Made by a program: the position numbers and the translations under genes. Under the pieces are notes generated by a model, which searched no databases, had not been told where the DNA came from, and saw nothing but the letters and a program-made list of their open reading frames with translations. DNA of 64,000 nucleotides from Lobosporangium transversale (lineage: Eukaryota), in NCBI RefSeq assembly GCF_002105155.1, contig NW_019028996.1, positions 310,001-374,000 of the forward strand. Reading direction: 5' to 3'. Positions within the stretch are counted from its first letter, which is position 1. The number at the start of each line of letters is the position of its first letter. Below, in pieces: positions 10,644-21,683 of this stretch.

Positions 10644-13489
10644 ATGGGAAGCGGAACAACAACACCAAATGGTCCATCTAGACGTGGTTCGATTGAAAGA
10701 GAAAGAAAGAATGAGAAAATGCCAACCAAACTGAGGATTTATTGCATTGTTGAGGGAGAAGCAACATCTTTTCCTGTCAGGATTTTCCCCGATTGTTCAG
10801 TTGGTGAACTCAAGCAAGCCATCAAGGCAGCGAAGAAGCCAGAACTCGATCATGTTGCCGCAGACAAGCTCACGCTTTGGAGAGCAGTCAACCCCAAGAG
10901 AGACAGGGACGATAAAGTAGATTTTGATGGCACCGTTGACAAGACAGAGCTCGATGACGAGATGGCACTTCTTTCTGAGCTGGACGAGCTGACCAGCCGA
11001 AGGACATATGTTATTGTCAAGCCGCCGCCGCCAGGTATGTATTTAGCTCTTGATGGACTGATGGCTGTTGATATTTTTAATCGACGAAGCTTATTGTCAT
11101 TCATGACGTCATTGATTTGACTTGATGTAGTTCAAAACAGCTCTTTATGTTTGAGATGTATCATGGCTAAACTATCTAACCAGGGGCGGCTTTGGATTTC
11201 TTTATAAAAAGAATTTGAAAAGTCGCCCCATGGTTCGTGCGTATACTCTGACTCTCACTGTCCTCTCGCGAGTCTTTTTACTTGAGCTTATTTCGGCTCC
11301 CCACCGCCCTATCGCATACAAGTACTTTTATCAAGGCCTCCTATCTAACTATCCTCTTGTTGTTTTTTGCGTGGATTTTAAACAGCCCCAAGAAGTCCAA
11401 AAAGGAACCTAGAAGACACAGAAGACGGAGGTTTAGAAGGTGAGTTCATCCCACTCATAGTTTTGATGATTCTTGAGAAAGTTTGTTTATTTCATACTCA
11501 CGTCAGTCTCGCTATTCCTATATGCTCAAAGAGCACCTTGCAAAGCGCTGTCGTTCCTTGAAGCGATATATTGCAGCCGATGGCAAACCCGTAGTTTTAC
11601 CCCTCCATATACTGGATTTGATCGAAAATAACAAGTACGCACCAGAACCCCGCGCCGAGTTCCAATCGCTTTTGACGGTGAAGGCTGGAGATCGAATTAC
11701 TTCAATGGATCTTGGTCAGAGCCCAAAATTCTTTGCGAGAGGCTATCAAGGTCGCGAGTTTTTTGTGACCGAACAGATGATGGACCTATGGAATAGATTC
11801 GAAAATGACAGTGTGGCGTCTGTCAAGAAATGTTTATCGGGTCCAATGGGCGTCGGCAAATCATACATTTCATGGTTCCTTGCGGCCAAGGCATACGCAC
11901 ATGGTTGGCCAGTGCTTTATATTGCCGATGCTAGTAAACTTAACAACTGTGACACTAAAACTGCCGCAGCAAAGCTAATCTGTCAACTCTTCTTATCCAT
12001 CAACAAAGATATTTTGACAGCCTCAGAGCTCAAGGAAATGGTCGCAGATGAAACATCGGAGTATCCTTATGGGAATAGCGCCAGCTGTATCTTGAGTACC
12101 CTACTCCAGTTAAAAAGTCAAAAAACATTATTTGTCGTGGATGAGCATGGTGCGCTATTTCCAGAAGAAGGTAAGTCTGCGCCCGCAAGGTTCCCAGTTT
12201 TATGGCCTCTAAAGACTTTCAACTGTTGGAACAATTCAAATAACGCGAGAGCAGTGTTCGCCAGCACGGCGAATTTTGAGAGGTGTATTCTCACAGACGC
12301 ACCGGAATATGTTGAGTATGTTGGTCCAATGTCGCCTGATATTTTCAATAAGCTACTGGATGTGATCATAAATAAGGTCCACCCAACAGCCCGCCAACAT
12401 TTGAATGAGCTACGATGTGAGATTCAAAGAGCCACCGGATGTGTGCCACGGGAGCTTAATAATTTTTTTGACAAAGACCGTGGAGATATTGAGCTCACAG
12501 CTAATGGGATCAAGCAACGACTAAAGGGTTATGAGAAGGATCGCAAAGATCAATTCTTCGAGACCTTGAAGAGCTATTACGGCAAAGTTGAACCGATATT
12601 CAAAACAGATGTCCGTCGAGCTCTAGCCGATGTGTTTCTGCAAAACAAGGATCATGCAGGAGCGCCACTTGATTGGAAATTCTACGATATTGGAATAATA
12701 TATCTGTATAAGCACGCGGAAAGGTATTTGATTTTGCGGCAGCCAATTACACCAGCATCAGAGGCGGCACTTTTGGACCTATACAGGCTATGCCCACTCC
12801 CCAACGACTACATAAATGACATAAGGAAGGGTACCTTGAGTCCTGACCAATTTTCCGATGCTATCTTCCAGAAGCTTATCAAGGAAAAAAACATAAAGTT
12901 CAACACGACAAATCTCGCTGGGAAGGAGGGACACGTTTTAGAGCTGAGAGTCGATGGCTTTGAACATCTTCAAGATCCACCCAAAAGATTTGAGGACGAG
13001 GGCAAGAATATCTTGATAAATGGAGGCGAACTACCTCGATTCGATTTTATACTTGGCTACACTTTTATTCAGGTTTCGATCAGTGATTTTCAAAAACACA
13101 ACGAGGGCTCTGCAAACATTGATTTGGCATTTACAGATCGGAGATATTCTGAAGGCAGAAATCAAATCGAGTATTTCCTAGACTACACATACGGCGGAAC
13201 TCACAGAGCAGTAATGGAAACAACAAAGCTGACCAAAAAGACCCAAGGTAAGAATGCTGGCGAAGAAAAATCAGAAACCAGGTATAAAAGGGACTTCAAA
13301 GTAACGAGAGATGGTGTGCTGTGTCCGGACTTTAAGATTTTGTATATTCGCGGGAAAAATGACCTTGATGACAAAGGCAACGAAGTACATAGACCGCCCA
13401 ATGACATCGGTAAAGTCCAGGAGTTTCCCCAGATAAGACATGTTTGTTGGGACGAAGTTAAAAAGAGCTTGTTCGGTGATTTACTTTAA
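10644..13489 (+). CDS. Crinkler (CRN/CR) family effector: ubiquitin-like header + P-loop NTPase + restriction-endonuclease-like domain, ~800 aa
   Basis: Header LRIYCIVEGEATSFPV...VGELKQAIK...AADKLTLWRA...TYVIVKPP. Exons 10644-11034, 11386-11439 and 11532-13489 join in frame. Walker A GPMGVGKS, Walker B LFVVDEHG, nuclease-like LPRFDFILGYTFIQVSIS. Alternative start at 10719. Confidence 0.88.
11181..11340. mobile_element. 160-bp intronic insertion beginning with a ~49-bp hairpin and flanked by the 9-bp direct repeat CTATCTAAC
   Basis: ctatctaac at 11172-11180 and 11341-11349; the first ~60 bp recur at 13911-13972. Confidence 0.55.
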
Positions 13490-13566
13490 TTCCAATAAAA
13501 TTTTTTAGACAAATCCTTTTTAAAAAGATGTCATATTGCAGGCATATTTTGTATATATTTATGGAG

Positions 13567-13900
13567 TTACCTGATCCTTAGGATGATTGCAAATAGCCAA
13601 AGGCCTTCAGCACTCATACCTTGGAGAGCCCGACCGCATATTACATTTGCGATAATTATTTCTCTGCCCAGGTTCATGTACATACTTGAGGAAGCAATGT
13701 TCGAGTACTGGGAGGAATCTCTCATATTACTCTGTGCTGCACTATGCAGTAGGTTGAGACTCCACTCAATAGAAATTGTATTCACAAAGAGACCATCAAC
13801 AACCTTATTGCCACTGTTGATCCACTCAAGTCCCCAGTCATTACCTTGTTTCGCCTTTATTTTATTGTTCTTCAAGATGAAGGGCCACACTTCTCGGTAG
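13567..13900 (-). pseudogene. Possible retrotransposon RNase H fragment
   Basis: ...WGLEWINSGNKVVDGL resembles a decayed RNase H C-terminal motif (WVKGHSG..GNE.AD.LA). Confidence 0.35.
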
Positions 13901-13910
13901 AATGTTTAGG

Positions 13911-13972
13911 CGGGGGCGACTTTGGATTTCTTTATAAAAAGAATTTGAAAAGTCGCCCCCATGGTCCGTGCG
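13911..13972. repeat. Second copy of the hairpin element GGGGGCGACTTT-N25-AAAGTCGCCCCC-atggtccgtgcg
   Basis: Perfect 12-bp inverted repeat (13912-13923 / 13949-13960) with an inner TTCTTT/AAAGAA stem; nearly identical to 11181-11241. Confidence 0.92.
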
Positions 13973-13979
13973 CGCCGTA

Positions 13980-14700
13980 GAGATCCTCGCTCACTTGTTA
14001 AGGCGAACTGTTCGGTGCTTGTTGGTTATCCAAATCTGCTCTGATTTCACCGCAATTTAGCGGAATTGATTAGCATCCTCTGAATAGCTGCCATCCAGAG
14101 AGACAACTTCGAATGGACAGGATGTTCAAACCAATAAAACTTGTCTGAAAGTCTGCTAATCCTCAAGCCATAAGGCAAATAATGCCTCTGAACGCCTCAA
14201 TGGGACTATGGGGCGCTTTTAGGGTGCAGAAAAGGCAAGATTGTCTCTTTTGAGCAATGAAGGATATAGGATTTGTTCCTTGGAGGCACACTTTTTTGAA
14301 ACCACGCTTGTTGCTAGTAAAAACACAAATGGTTCCCGTTTTCCGCATACTTTCAGTGCTTCCACAATCCAAGGGCTGTGATGTAGTCATCAAATGTTAT
14401 ATGTTTATCGAAGCATTGACACATCCCTTGCAAAAGTTCAGATGTATGCTAAGAATATTGTTTAAGGGAACGCAGAGTAGTCAATGACATGTGGTAGTGT
14501 TCAGGTGTTTATACAATCATATGGAGTCCGAACAGTCGTCATAGTCGATAGTGATTTTATAATGAGATTGACTTGCGGTTCGCTGGTGATTGATTGGTGG
14601 TTAAAGATAAAGCCGCATCACTCTTTAAGAAAACTATCAGACGTAAGAAAAGGGAAAAGAAAAAAACCTTGGGTTTTGGCCTTTAATGGGTTTGCTGCTT
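13980..14700 (+). pseudogene. Heavily decayed, possibly MULE-like transposase remnant
   Basis: Broken frames give ANNASERLNG (cf. TNN.xES.N), CSGVYT/QSYGV (cf. CxGxFxxxxGLPCxH) and DWWL, in the expected order, with many stops and frameshifts. Confidence 0.35.
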
Positions 14701-15385
14701 GATTTTTGCACCTTTGGCAAGCGGATCGCATCAGTATTGCTTTTACGCACCATAAATGAGACCTCATAATGGTGGCAAGAAGGCAATAGCCGGTTATTTT
14801 CTGTTAGTAGGAAGCAGAGAGAACTAGATCTGGCCTTGCCTGCTCTACAGCCAAGAGGATATCCCGGATAGAAGCAGTTTTTGTAGTGGTTTAGTTCTTA
14901 GATTTCTTTTTGCAATAAGCCGCTTCCTCGTTGAAACTCTTACAATCATTGCATACTATCACGCACGGGTCATACTATGCAAGCTAGAGGCTTTATATTA
15001 TTTTATGGTTTTCTCTCTATTACTTTACACGCTCGGGCAGCCCATAGTGCTACTTTTAGGTGCTATGTAGTTACTACGGATACTCGCGGTAACAATAGTT
15101 AGGTATTGGTGTTTCTAATACCTCTTGAATGGATCAGGTTCAGGTACGCGTCTTGAAACACAGTAGTTGATTTGCCCCTAAGCGAATGCCCTGATCATTT
15201 ACAGTAAGCCACAATCAATTGGGCAAGAACTGACTTGATACTCCTGCGAGCCTGAGAAATGGGCGATGGTAGTAAAAGCTTCTTTTCGATCGACTCATCT
15301 AGTTTCTCTCTCTTTCTTTTTTTTTTTTTTTTTTTTTTCAAATTCAAATTCTTAACATTCAACCTATTAAGCAACAAAACACATC

Positions 15386-17728
15386 ATGCCAGTGCGACAT
15401 CTCGATTGTAAGTGATGGCTGTCAGGACACTGCTCTTTTCCTTTTCCTTTTTTAAGTTGCTCCACATCGCCTCAACAAGTGTAGTGAAAAAAAAGAGCTA
15501 ACCTGCGAACAACCTTACATCGGCCTGTTGCCTCAATTAAATAGTCTACTTGACCCAAAAGAACCTGGCGTCAACACACCCATTGACGACGCTTAAGGAT
15601 ATCCGATTGGGCATTGATGGCAGCGTATGGCTCAAGAAAGTCATTGGGGCGGCGTCGGAGCAGTATTTGCCTGGCATTGGTGGCATACCTTCGTGCCTTC
15701 GAAAGACTATTGAGAAAGAGCTAGAAGGATTCAAGTGAGTGTGGACTGCTTCGGGAAATTTGTTGCTCTTTTAGTTTTTTTAATGTTTCGCGCAGGCAGA
15801 ACAAGGATTGCAAAAAGAAATGATACGAACTGATTATCTGACCTACAAAACACAACCATTAGAGCTGCTTCTATCCACCCATTATTTGTTTTTCCGGGAC
15901 TGTCTTTAATCCGTAAAGACAAACCCCACGTCAATGATGACCTCAAGATCCCAAAGAGAAATACAGCGTGGGAAGCAGCCAACGCGGGGAAGATGGAGCT
16001 GGCACTCTCTTCTTGGAGCGGATCGTATGTGGTCCACCAGCCAGATCTGTACCATTTAGTCATCAGAATCTTAAAGGAACATAACATCGATTATCTCAGA
16101 GCACCTTATGGCGCTGGAGCACAGGTACATTAGCAACATTAACGACCTACTACAGAACGAAGGAAGAAGAGCATGGATTTGATGTTATCTTAAAATCCAC
16201 TACATCACGTTCATTAAATGCCTTCTTTCTTTCTTTTTTTGCTGTTTATTATCATAGCTTGTGTATCTAGAGCGCAATCCCAAGCAAATCATTCATGCGA
16301 TCTATGCAGGACCTGACTTACTTATGTTTGACGTAGAACGCGTTATCACCCAGATCGACTTTGGAAAGCAGACTTACCAGGCCATCTCTAAAAAATCTGT
16401 TCTTCAGGATATGGTGTTGACGGATGAGCAGTTCTTAGACCTTTGCATCCTTGCAGGAGTTGACCATTGCCCAACATTTCCTCCTTTTTCAGTCGAAGGT
16501 GGCTTTGCATATAAGAGTATCCATGAGCTGCTACAACACAGGACTGGATTTAATGCTGTTAAAGCCTATGCTGATTCTCCTCAAGTAAGGAACAACAATA
16601 GCAAAAAAAAGGACATATATATATGAAGACCAGCTGTTAAGGCTTAATCGCGTTGACTCTTCCTACAATGGATAGGTTGTAAAGAGCAACTATGTGGATT
16701 TGTTTTGCAGGATGCGTTGTGCGATGCGCCACCACCCTATTCTGACAGATGAAGGGCATGTGGAACCCATGAACGTGATTCAAGCACCTAATGACATTCA
16801 CGAATTCATTGGTTTCCGCCTTCCAGATGAGGTGTACTATTACATTTCACGTGGTCTTATTGCAGACACTACACTCAACACTCTACTTTGCGGATATGGC
16901 GTAGAATTTTCACCGCTCTGCAATGGAGAAGCCAAGGAATATCGTGCTTTCCTAGCAGGAGATATCATTAAAATGAAAGCCCAGACAATGGCGTTAGTCA
17001 AGTCGCAGCTACATTCATTCTTCCATGATCGCAGGATCGCAATCATTCACTGGTATGAGAACAATAATGTGACAGGAACAGAACATGTAGTCAAGTCGGA
17101 GGCTGCACCCGTTCCCGTTGAAGCCATCTCCAACTGGAAGTCAAGCCAACAATCTGTCGAGAAAGAGCTCAAGAAGGCGAATGTAAGCCTTTCTATATAT
17201 AAAGGGCTTGCCTCCGATTATTCTTCCGCTATTACTGACATGAGAACTGTCCTCGCTTGTTTCGTGTATTTGAATAGATTACAACGCCAAATTTTTCATT
17301 TGCTTTGGGGCTACTCACCAATCCCAATGATGCTGCTGCTACAGTGCAGCCCAAGGATGCTAATGGGAAATCTGCACCTCTTATGACACTTCAGGAGGTC
17401 CAAACTCGTCATCTATCAAAACTTCTGCAGCTTAGATCATTCATTGACTCTTCTCATACACCTCTGCCATATGGCAAAGCTATTATTGATGCTTTCAAGG
17501 CTCATCCTTCAGCACCTGTCGAGTTCCAGGATGCTCTCTTTATTGCATTGGAACTAATTAGAGCCGAACTTTTAACTGCCCGGCCATATAGCCACAGCTA
17601 TGTCAAGAAGGCAGTTTTAGATGATGAGACCGGCACAAAGGCTGTTCGACTTATCTCAAGAACCGTTTCATTGATCTGGGCGCGCTTCAAGGTAAAATCA
17701 CAAAATATTATGATTCATCTATCTTAGG

Positions 17729-17762
<34 letters not shown>

Positions 17763-18287
17763 CACGAATGAACTAAAGCTCAGTTAAAGTTTTTTTTTAC
17801 ATATATATAGGGTACCAAAATTTGGTCCGGACCTTTAAATCGTGAATTACTAGCTTTTAACAGCGTTAATAAGGTGTTAACGCGCAACCTGCGTCACTTG
17901 GGCGAAGCCTTAATTGTTGAGATGCTGCTTGCGAACGAATGTCAAAAGGATACATTGGACTTTTCAGAGCTTGCAACACACTTGCCATTTGCGTACGAGC
18001 CCTCGACAGTATTGGGAATTTTAGTCAAAGAATACCTCGAAACATTGACGCTAAGCGGCGACATCAATAACAAGGATCAGGCATTACAGCATGTGGAAGA
18101 ACACATTGGAGCAACCTCGACGTCGAGTTTGGCCAATAGTATTAAAGAAGAGATCCAGCGAGGTTTTGCATTTTGGGAGGTGGTTGTTAGTGCGGTCAAG
18201 TCACTCAGTGCTACTAATGCAATTAGCAGGGAGCTACAGCAAGAATTCCAGGATGCCAATAACTGGATCAAGAGCCGCAAAGTTTAA
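15386..18287 (+). CDS. MKT1: MKT1 family post-transcriptional regulator (XPG-like PIN fold), multi-exon
   Basis: MPVRHLD|...IRLGIDGSVWLKK...GIGGIP; RAPYGAGAQ|LVYLE; PNDIHEFIGFRLPDEVYYYISRGLI; WSGPLNRELLAFNS...LRHLGE. Confidence 0.9.
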
Positions 18288-18289
18288 AA

Positions 18290-18326
<37 letters not shown>

Positions 18327-18888
18327 AAGCAATAAACAACTCTGAATCTAGCATTTCCTTAAATTAAAGGGTGATGTTAATCATTTAGTTTAAATAATTA
18401 AGTTATATGAATTAAACTTAAAGTATACAAGCTACGTTAATTTGTTTCTTAAGCAGGCTAATAAGCTAAAGACTTTTAGGAATTTTAAACTATTTGTGAT
18501 CCTTTTTCACCTTCAAGCATAACTGAGGACTCTTGTAATCAACAAAAAAAAATCGTCTCTTCCTCCAGTTCAAGCCTTTCAGTACGTTAAGCGAAGTTAA
18601 GAAACCAATATTAAGGTAAGAAGTCCACTTCTTTTACAATATTTCTACACATCAAGTAAACATAGTGGAGAAAAAAATTACTTCTGCATGCAGAGTAGGT
18701 GGTATTACCCTATCAGAAGGAGGTCAGTTGTGGATAGGTGCAAATCCAACTCCAATCGATTGAGTACAGCACAATCCTGGCTGAATTTCATCAGCAAGAA
18801 GTGCAACACGTAAATGTTTATTATAAACAGGTCCGGTCATAGTGGCAGCTCGCTTGCATGCTGGCATGGTCGATCCCATTCAAAAATA

Positions 18889-19383
18889 TCATCTGTATAT
18901 GCCAACTGGCTGGGGGTATTGAGGTTGTTGTTGGTTGAGAAGGTGGCCACAGGCTACGTTGTGTCCCGTCATGACGTTGCAATGCATGTATGTTTTGCAA
19001 GTCCTGCAATATAATCTGCGGATCTCCACTTGGCCGACGAAATCCTCGCAAACCGGACCTTGCTTGGAAGTACAATATTCGCTGACACCAACGATTATGT
19101 AATCTAGACTTCGAGTCTTTAGAGTATCATTTTATAAAAAATGTCAGTTTGGTGTAATTAATATAAATCTAGATGTATTAAAAAAGTCAAACACAATGTT
19201 TGTCTTCTGCATGACATACAAAAGCTATGTCTCATGGAGGGAAGACAGCTTCATGCTTAAGGAGAATTGACCTAGTCCTACTCCAATAACCACCTTGTTG
19301 GCAACACCTTACCTTTCTCTAATAGTTCCGGTTGACTTGAGCAGATGATTGGTGATTTTAAACTCCGTGTCACGAACTACTCT
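18889..19383 (-). pseudogene. Fanzor (eukaryotic TnpB-like RuvC nuclease) C-terminal relic
   Basis: Manual translation: RVVRDTEFKITNHLLKSTGTIRER*GVANKVVIGVGLGQFSLSMKLSSLHET*LLYVMQK-(87-nt degenerate intron 19203-19117, ACTGAC branch site)-TRSLDYIIVGVSEYCTSKQGPVCEDFVGQVEIRRLYCRTCKTYMHCNVMTGHN...GHLLNQQQPQYPQP. This fits the RuvC-II E-x-x-TSK, CxxC..CxxC zinc ribbon and HRD..A..N RuvC-III layout. Confidence 0.82.
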
Positions 19384-19451
19384 AATAAAAAAGCACCGCC
19401 AAGCCTGATCCATGCGCAACGTGGTGTTTTTTAAAACATATAATGCCAGCC

Positions 19452-20710
19452 CTAGAAGCTGATTTTGGTCTTCCAATAGTCTTGGATGCACTGTTTGTAG
19501 TTGGAATGCTGTAGGGCCACCCATGTTGCCTCAGAGATATCGAAGCCTTCCCATTGAATCAGAAACTCCATGCCATCATTTCCTCCGCGATGGTCTAAAA
19601 CCCTAGCAGCCTCGTATCCCTCCTGCGCTGTCTCTGCCATAGTCTCATCGGCAGTGTCTAATATGTTGTGCTGTGAAATAGCAACGGATTAAAATGCCTC
19701 TTGTAGCTCCAGAAGACTCCGACCATGATTTAGTTTGACTTTGATGCTGGGAGCTTCTCATAAGCAACCTGATACTCATTGCTGTCTGGAAAGTCAAACA
19801 CATCTTGCATCCAGAATGTGTGGTGCGTCTGAGTAGCGATATTATGGATGGATGGGAGCGTCGTGTGTGAACTTGGAGAAGGTGGATTGCATGTCTCCAA
19901 AGCACCCTTCGATGCTTGACCGAAATCCACCAAACACTTTATTGTAATGTAGCTCTTGGTCTGCCATGGCCATCCCTCTGGTATTGTGCACAGGATAAGA
20001 GAAGTTCTCGTAGGACAGTGGATCTGATGACTCGACAATTTGTCTAACGAATCCACTGTAACTGCCGTCAATAGCAATAGCGTCCAGCTTGTGTATGTGC
20101 GATGCAATGTTCATCTTCACAAGCATCACTCCATCATTGAAATCCCGACAAGGAGCTGGCTTGGTTGCAAACAGTATGATATTGTTCATGTCTGAACACC
20201 CTTTAATACGAAAGCCAGACTTCTTGAGTTTATAAGAGTAGAGACTTGGTTTATCAGCGCCAATATGGCTGACTCTTGTGTCATGCCCGTCTAGATTCAA
20301 AGGCATATGCTTGAAAGGGTCTGGGTTGTTCTTGGCAAGTAGCAAGCGTAGCTTCAAGCTCGAGCACATATCTCTCATTATTGAGGTTATGTCATCATGT
20401 AGTTTCACAGGGTCCCGAAGATAAAATTCCTTGTGCAAGTCGTAAAAGGACGTCTTTGGTATGAACCTTGACATTGTAGACAATGAATCTCCTGTAATCA
20501 GTGCACACAGGAGCAGAAGACCCTTTTCGACATTACGATATGGGCTACCATAGTCACGCATCCCAAATACTTGTGTCAGAAAAAAGAACGTAGGGATGAT
20601 CAAGTCTCAAGAATAATCAAATTTGGACATTCTTTTCCAAGCCTTTTACTCCCACAAATTCTTCGTGTTTCTTTATTCGAGGCTGTTCTTCCTTTATTTG
20701 GCGTCCTAGA
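19452..20710 (-). mobile_element. PIF/Harbinger-superfamily (DDE_Tnp_4-like) transposase pseudogene with downstream chromodomain
   Basis: LNLDGHDT...YSYKLKKSG...FNDGVM...AIDGSY...YNKVFGGFRSSIEGCFGDMQSTF (20603-19842), a frameshifted linker, then YEAARVLDHRGGNDGMEFLIQWEGFDISEATW...IQDYW (19616-19470). The 5' boundary is approximate. Confidence 0.8.
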
Positions 20711-20750
20711 ATGGTTATATTCTAAATGCAGTCAAGGTAATAAAGACGTT

Positions 20751-21683
20751 TCATTTCTTCTTCGAGTTGGGTGATGATGGTGTGGGTTTTTTCTTTTTCT
20801 GAGATTTTTGTTGTTGTTGTTTAGTTTTTTCTGCCTCTTCCTCTGCCAAAAGTTCCTGTAATGCTTTAGCACGCTCACGCTCCAGACGAGCCTCCTTATT
20901 CTTTTCGTTCTGTATCTTTGATTGTTCTTTGCGTTGCTCTTGTAGCGCCTGATCCTTTGTTTCTTCTTCCTGCCTCGCCTTCATCTCCTTTTCCATTTTC
21001 TTTGACATCTCATGCCTCACCTATTTAACAAGGGGAAGAAAAAACAATAAAAAATAAAAAAAAAATAAAAAAAGTTTTAGGAACCGGGCTTTTTCGCATG
21101 CGTTTTAAATAAAAACAATTGTAAAGGCTTTCCTTCATTACCATCTCGCTAGCTGTTTGAAGGATAGTCTCCCCCCATCCTTCCTTAAATGTTTCAGCTT
21201 CCTCAATAATAGCCATTATCTCCTGCTCGAGCTCTTTTTCCGCAAGCGAGAATTCATTCCAAATATCATCTCCTAATATACCCTGTTTGGACAAACTGGT
21301 CAACACTGGCTTGTCCTCACGCATGGACAAAACTCGATTCACAGCCTCCATAGCTCGTCGTAACAGTGCTGCTTTCAGTTGTGCGTCCGTGGCCTCCTGG
21401 GGCTCTGTCTGTTGCAAGAGTGCCATATAGTGTGCTCGAGCTTCGTTTTCCGGGAACCATGGTTCAGCAGTGCTAATAGCTACATTTACATAAGAATAAA
21501 CAGGTCAATAATTGTAGAAATCCAACCCGAAGAGCGTTGGGAGTAAATAATTGGAATGGTCAACCATGGTTGTAATTATTATTTCCTATTACCTATCTTT
21601 CTTCTTCTCCAAAAAAACCCAAAGATTCTCATGGCAAGAATCCATCCACCAATGTAAATGACTGCCAACCAGACAGATTGCAT
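20751..21683 (-). CDS. SEC66: Translocation protein Sec66/Sec71
   Basis: N-terminal TM exon MQSVWLAVIYIGGW...; EPWFPENEARAHYMAL...LKAALLRRAMEAV...GDDIWNEF...EEAETFKEGWGETILQTASEMV; charged C-terminal tail. Confidence 0.92.

Noticed and set aside
19384..19432. Terminator- or tracrRNA-like end GGCGGTGCTTTTTT on the minus strand
   Set aside because: The stem is only ~4 GC-rich pairs plus A/T runs, so the resemblance is probably coincidental.
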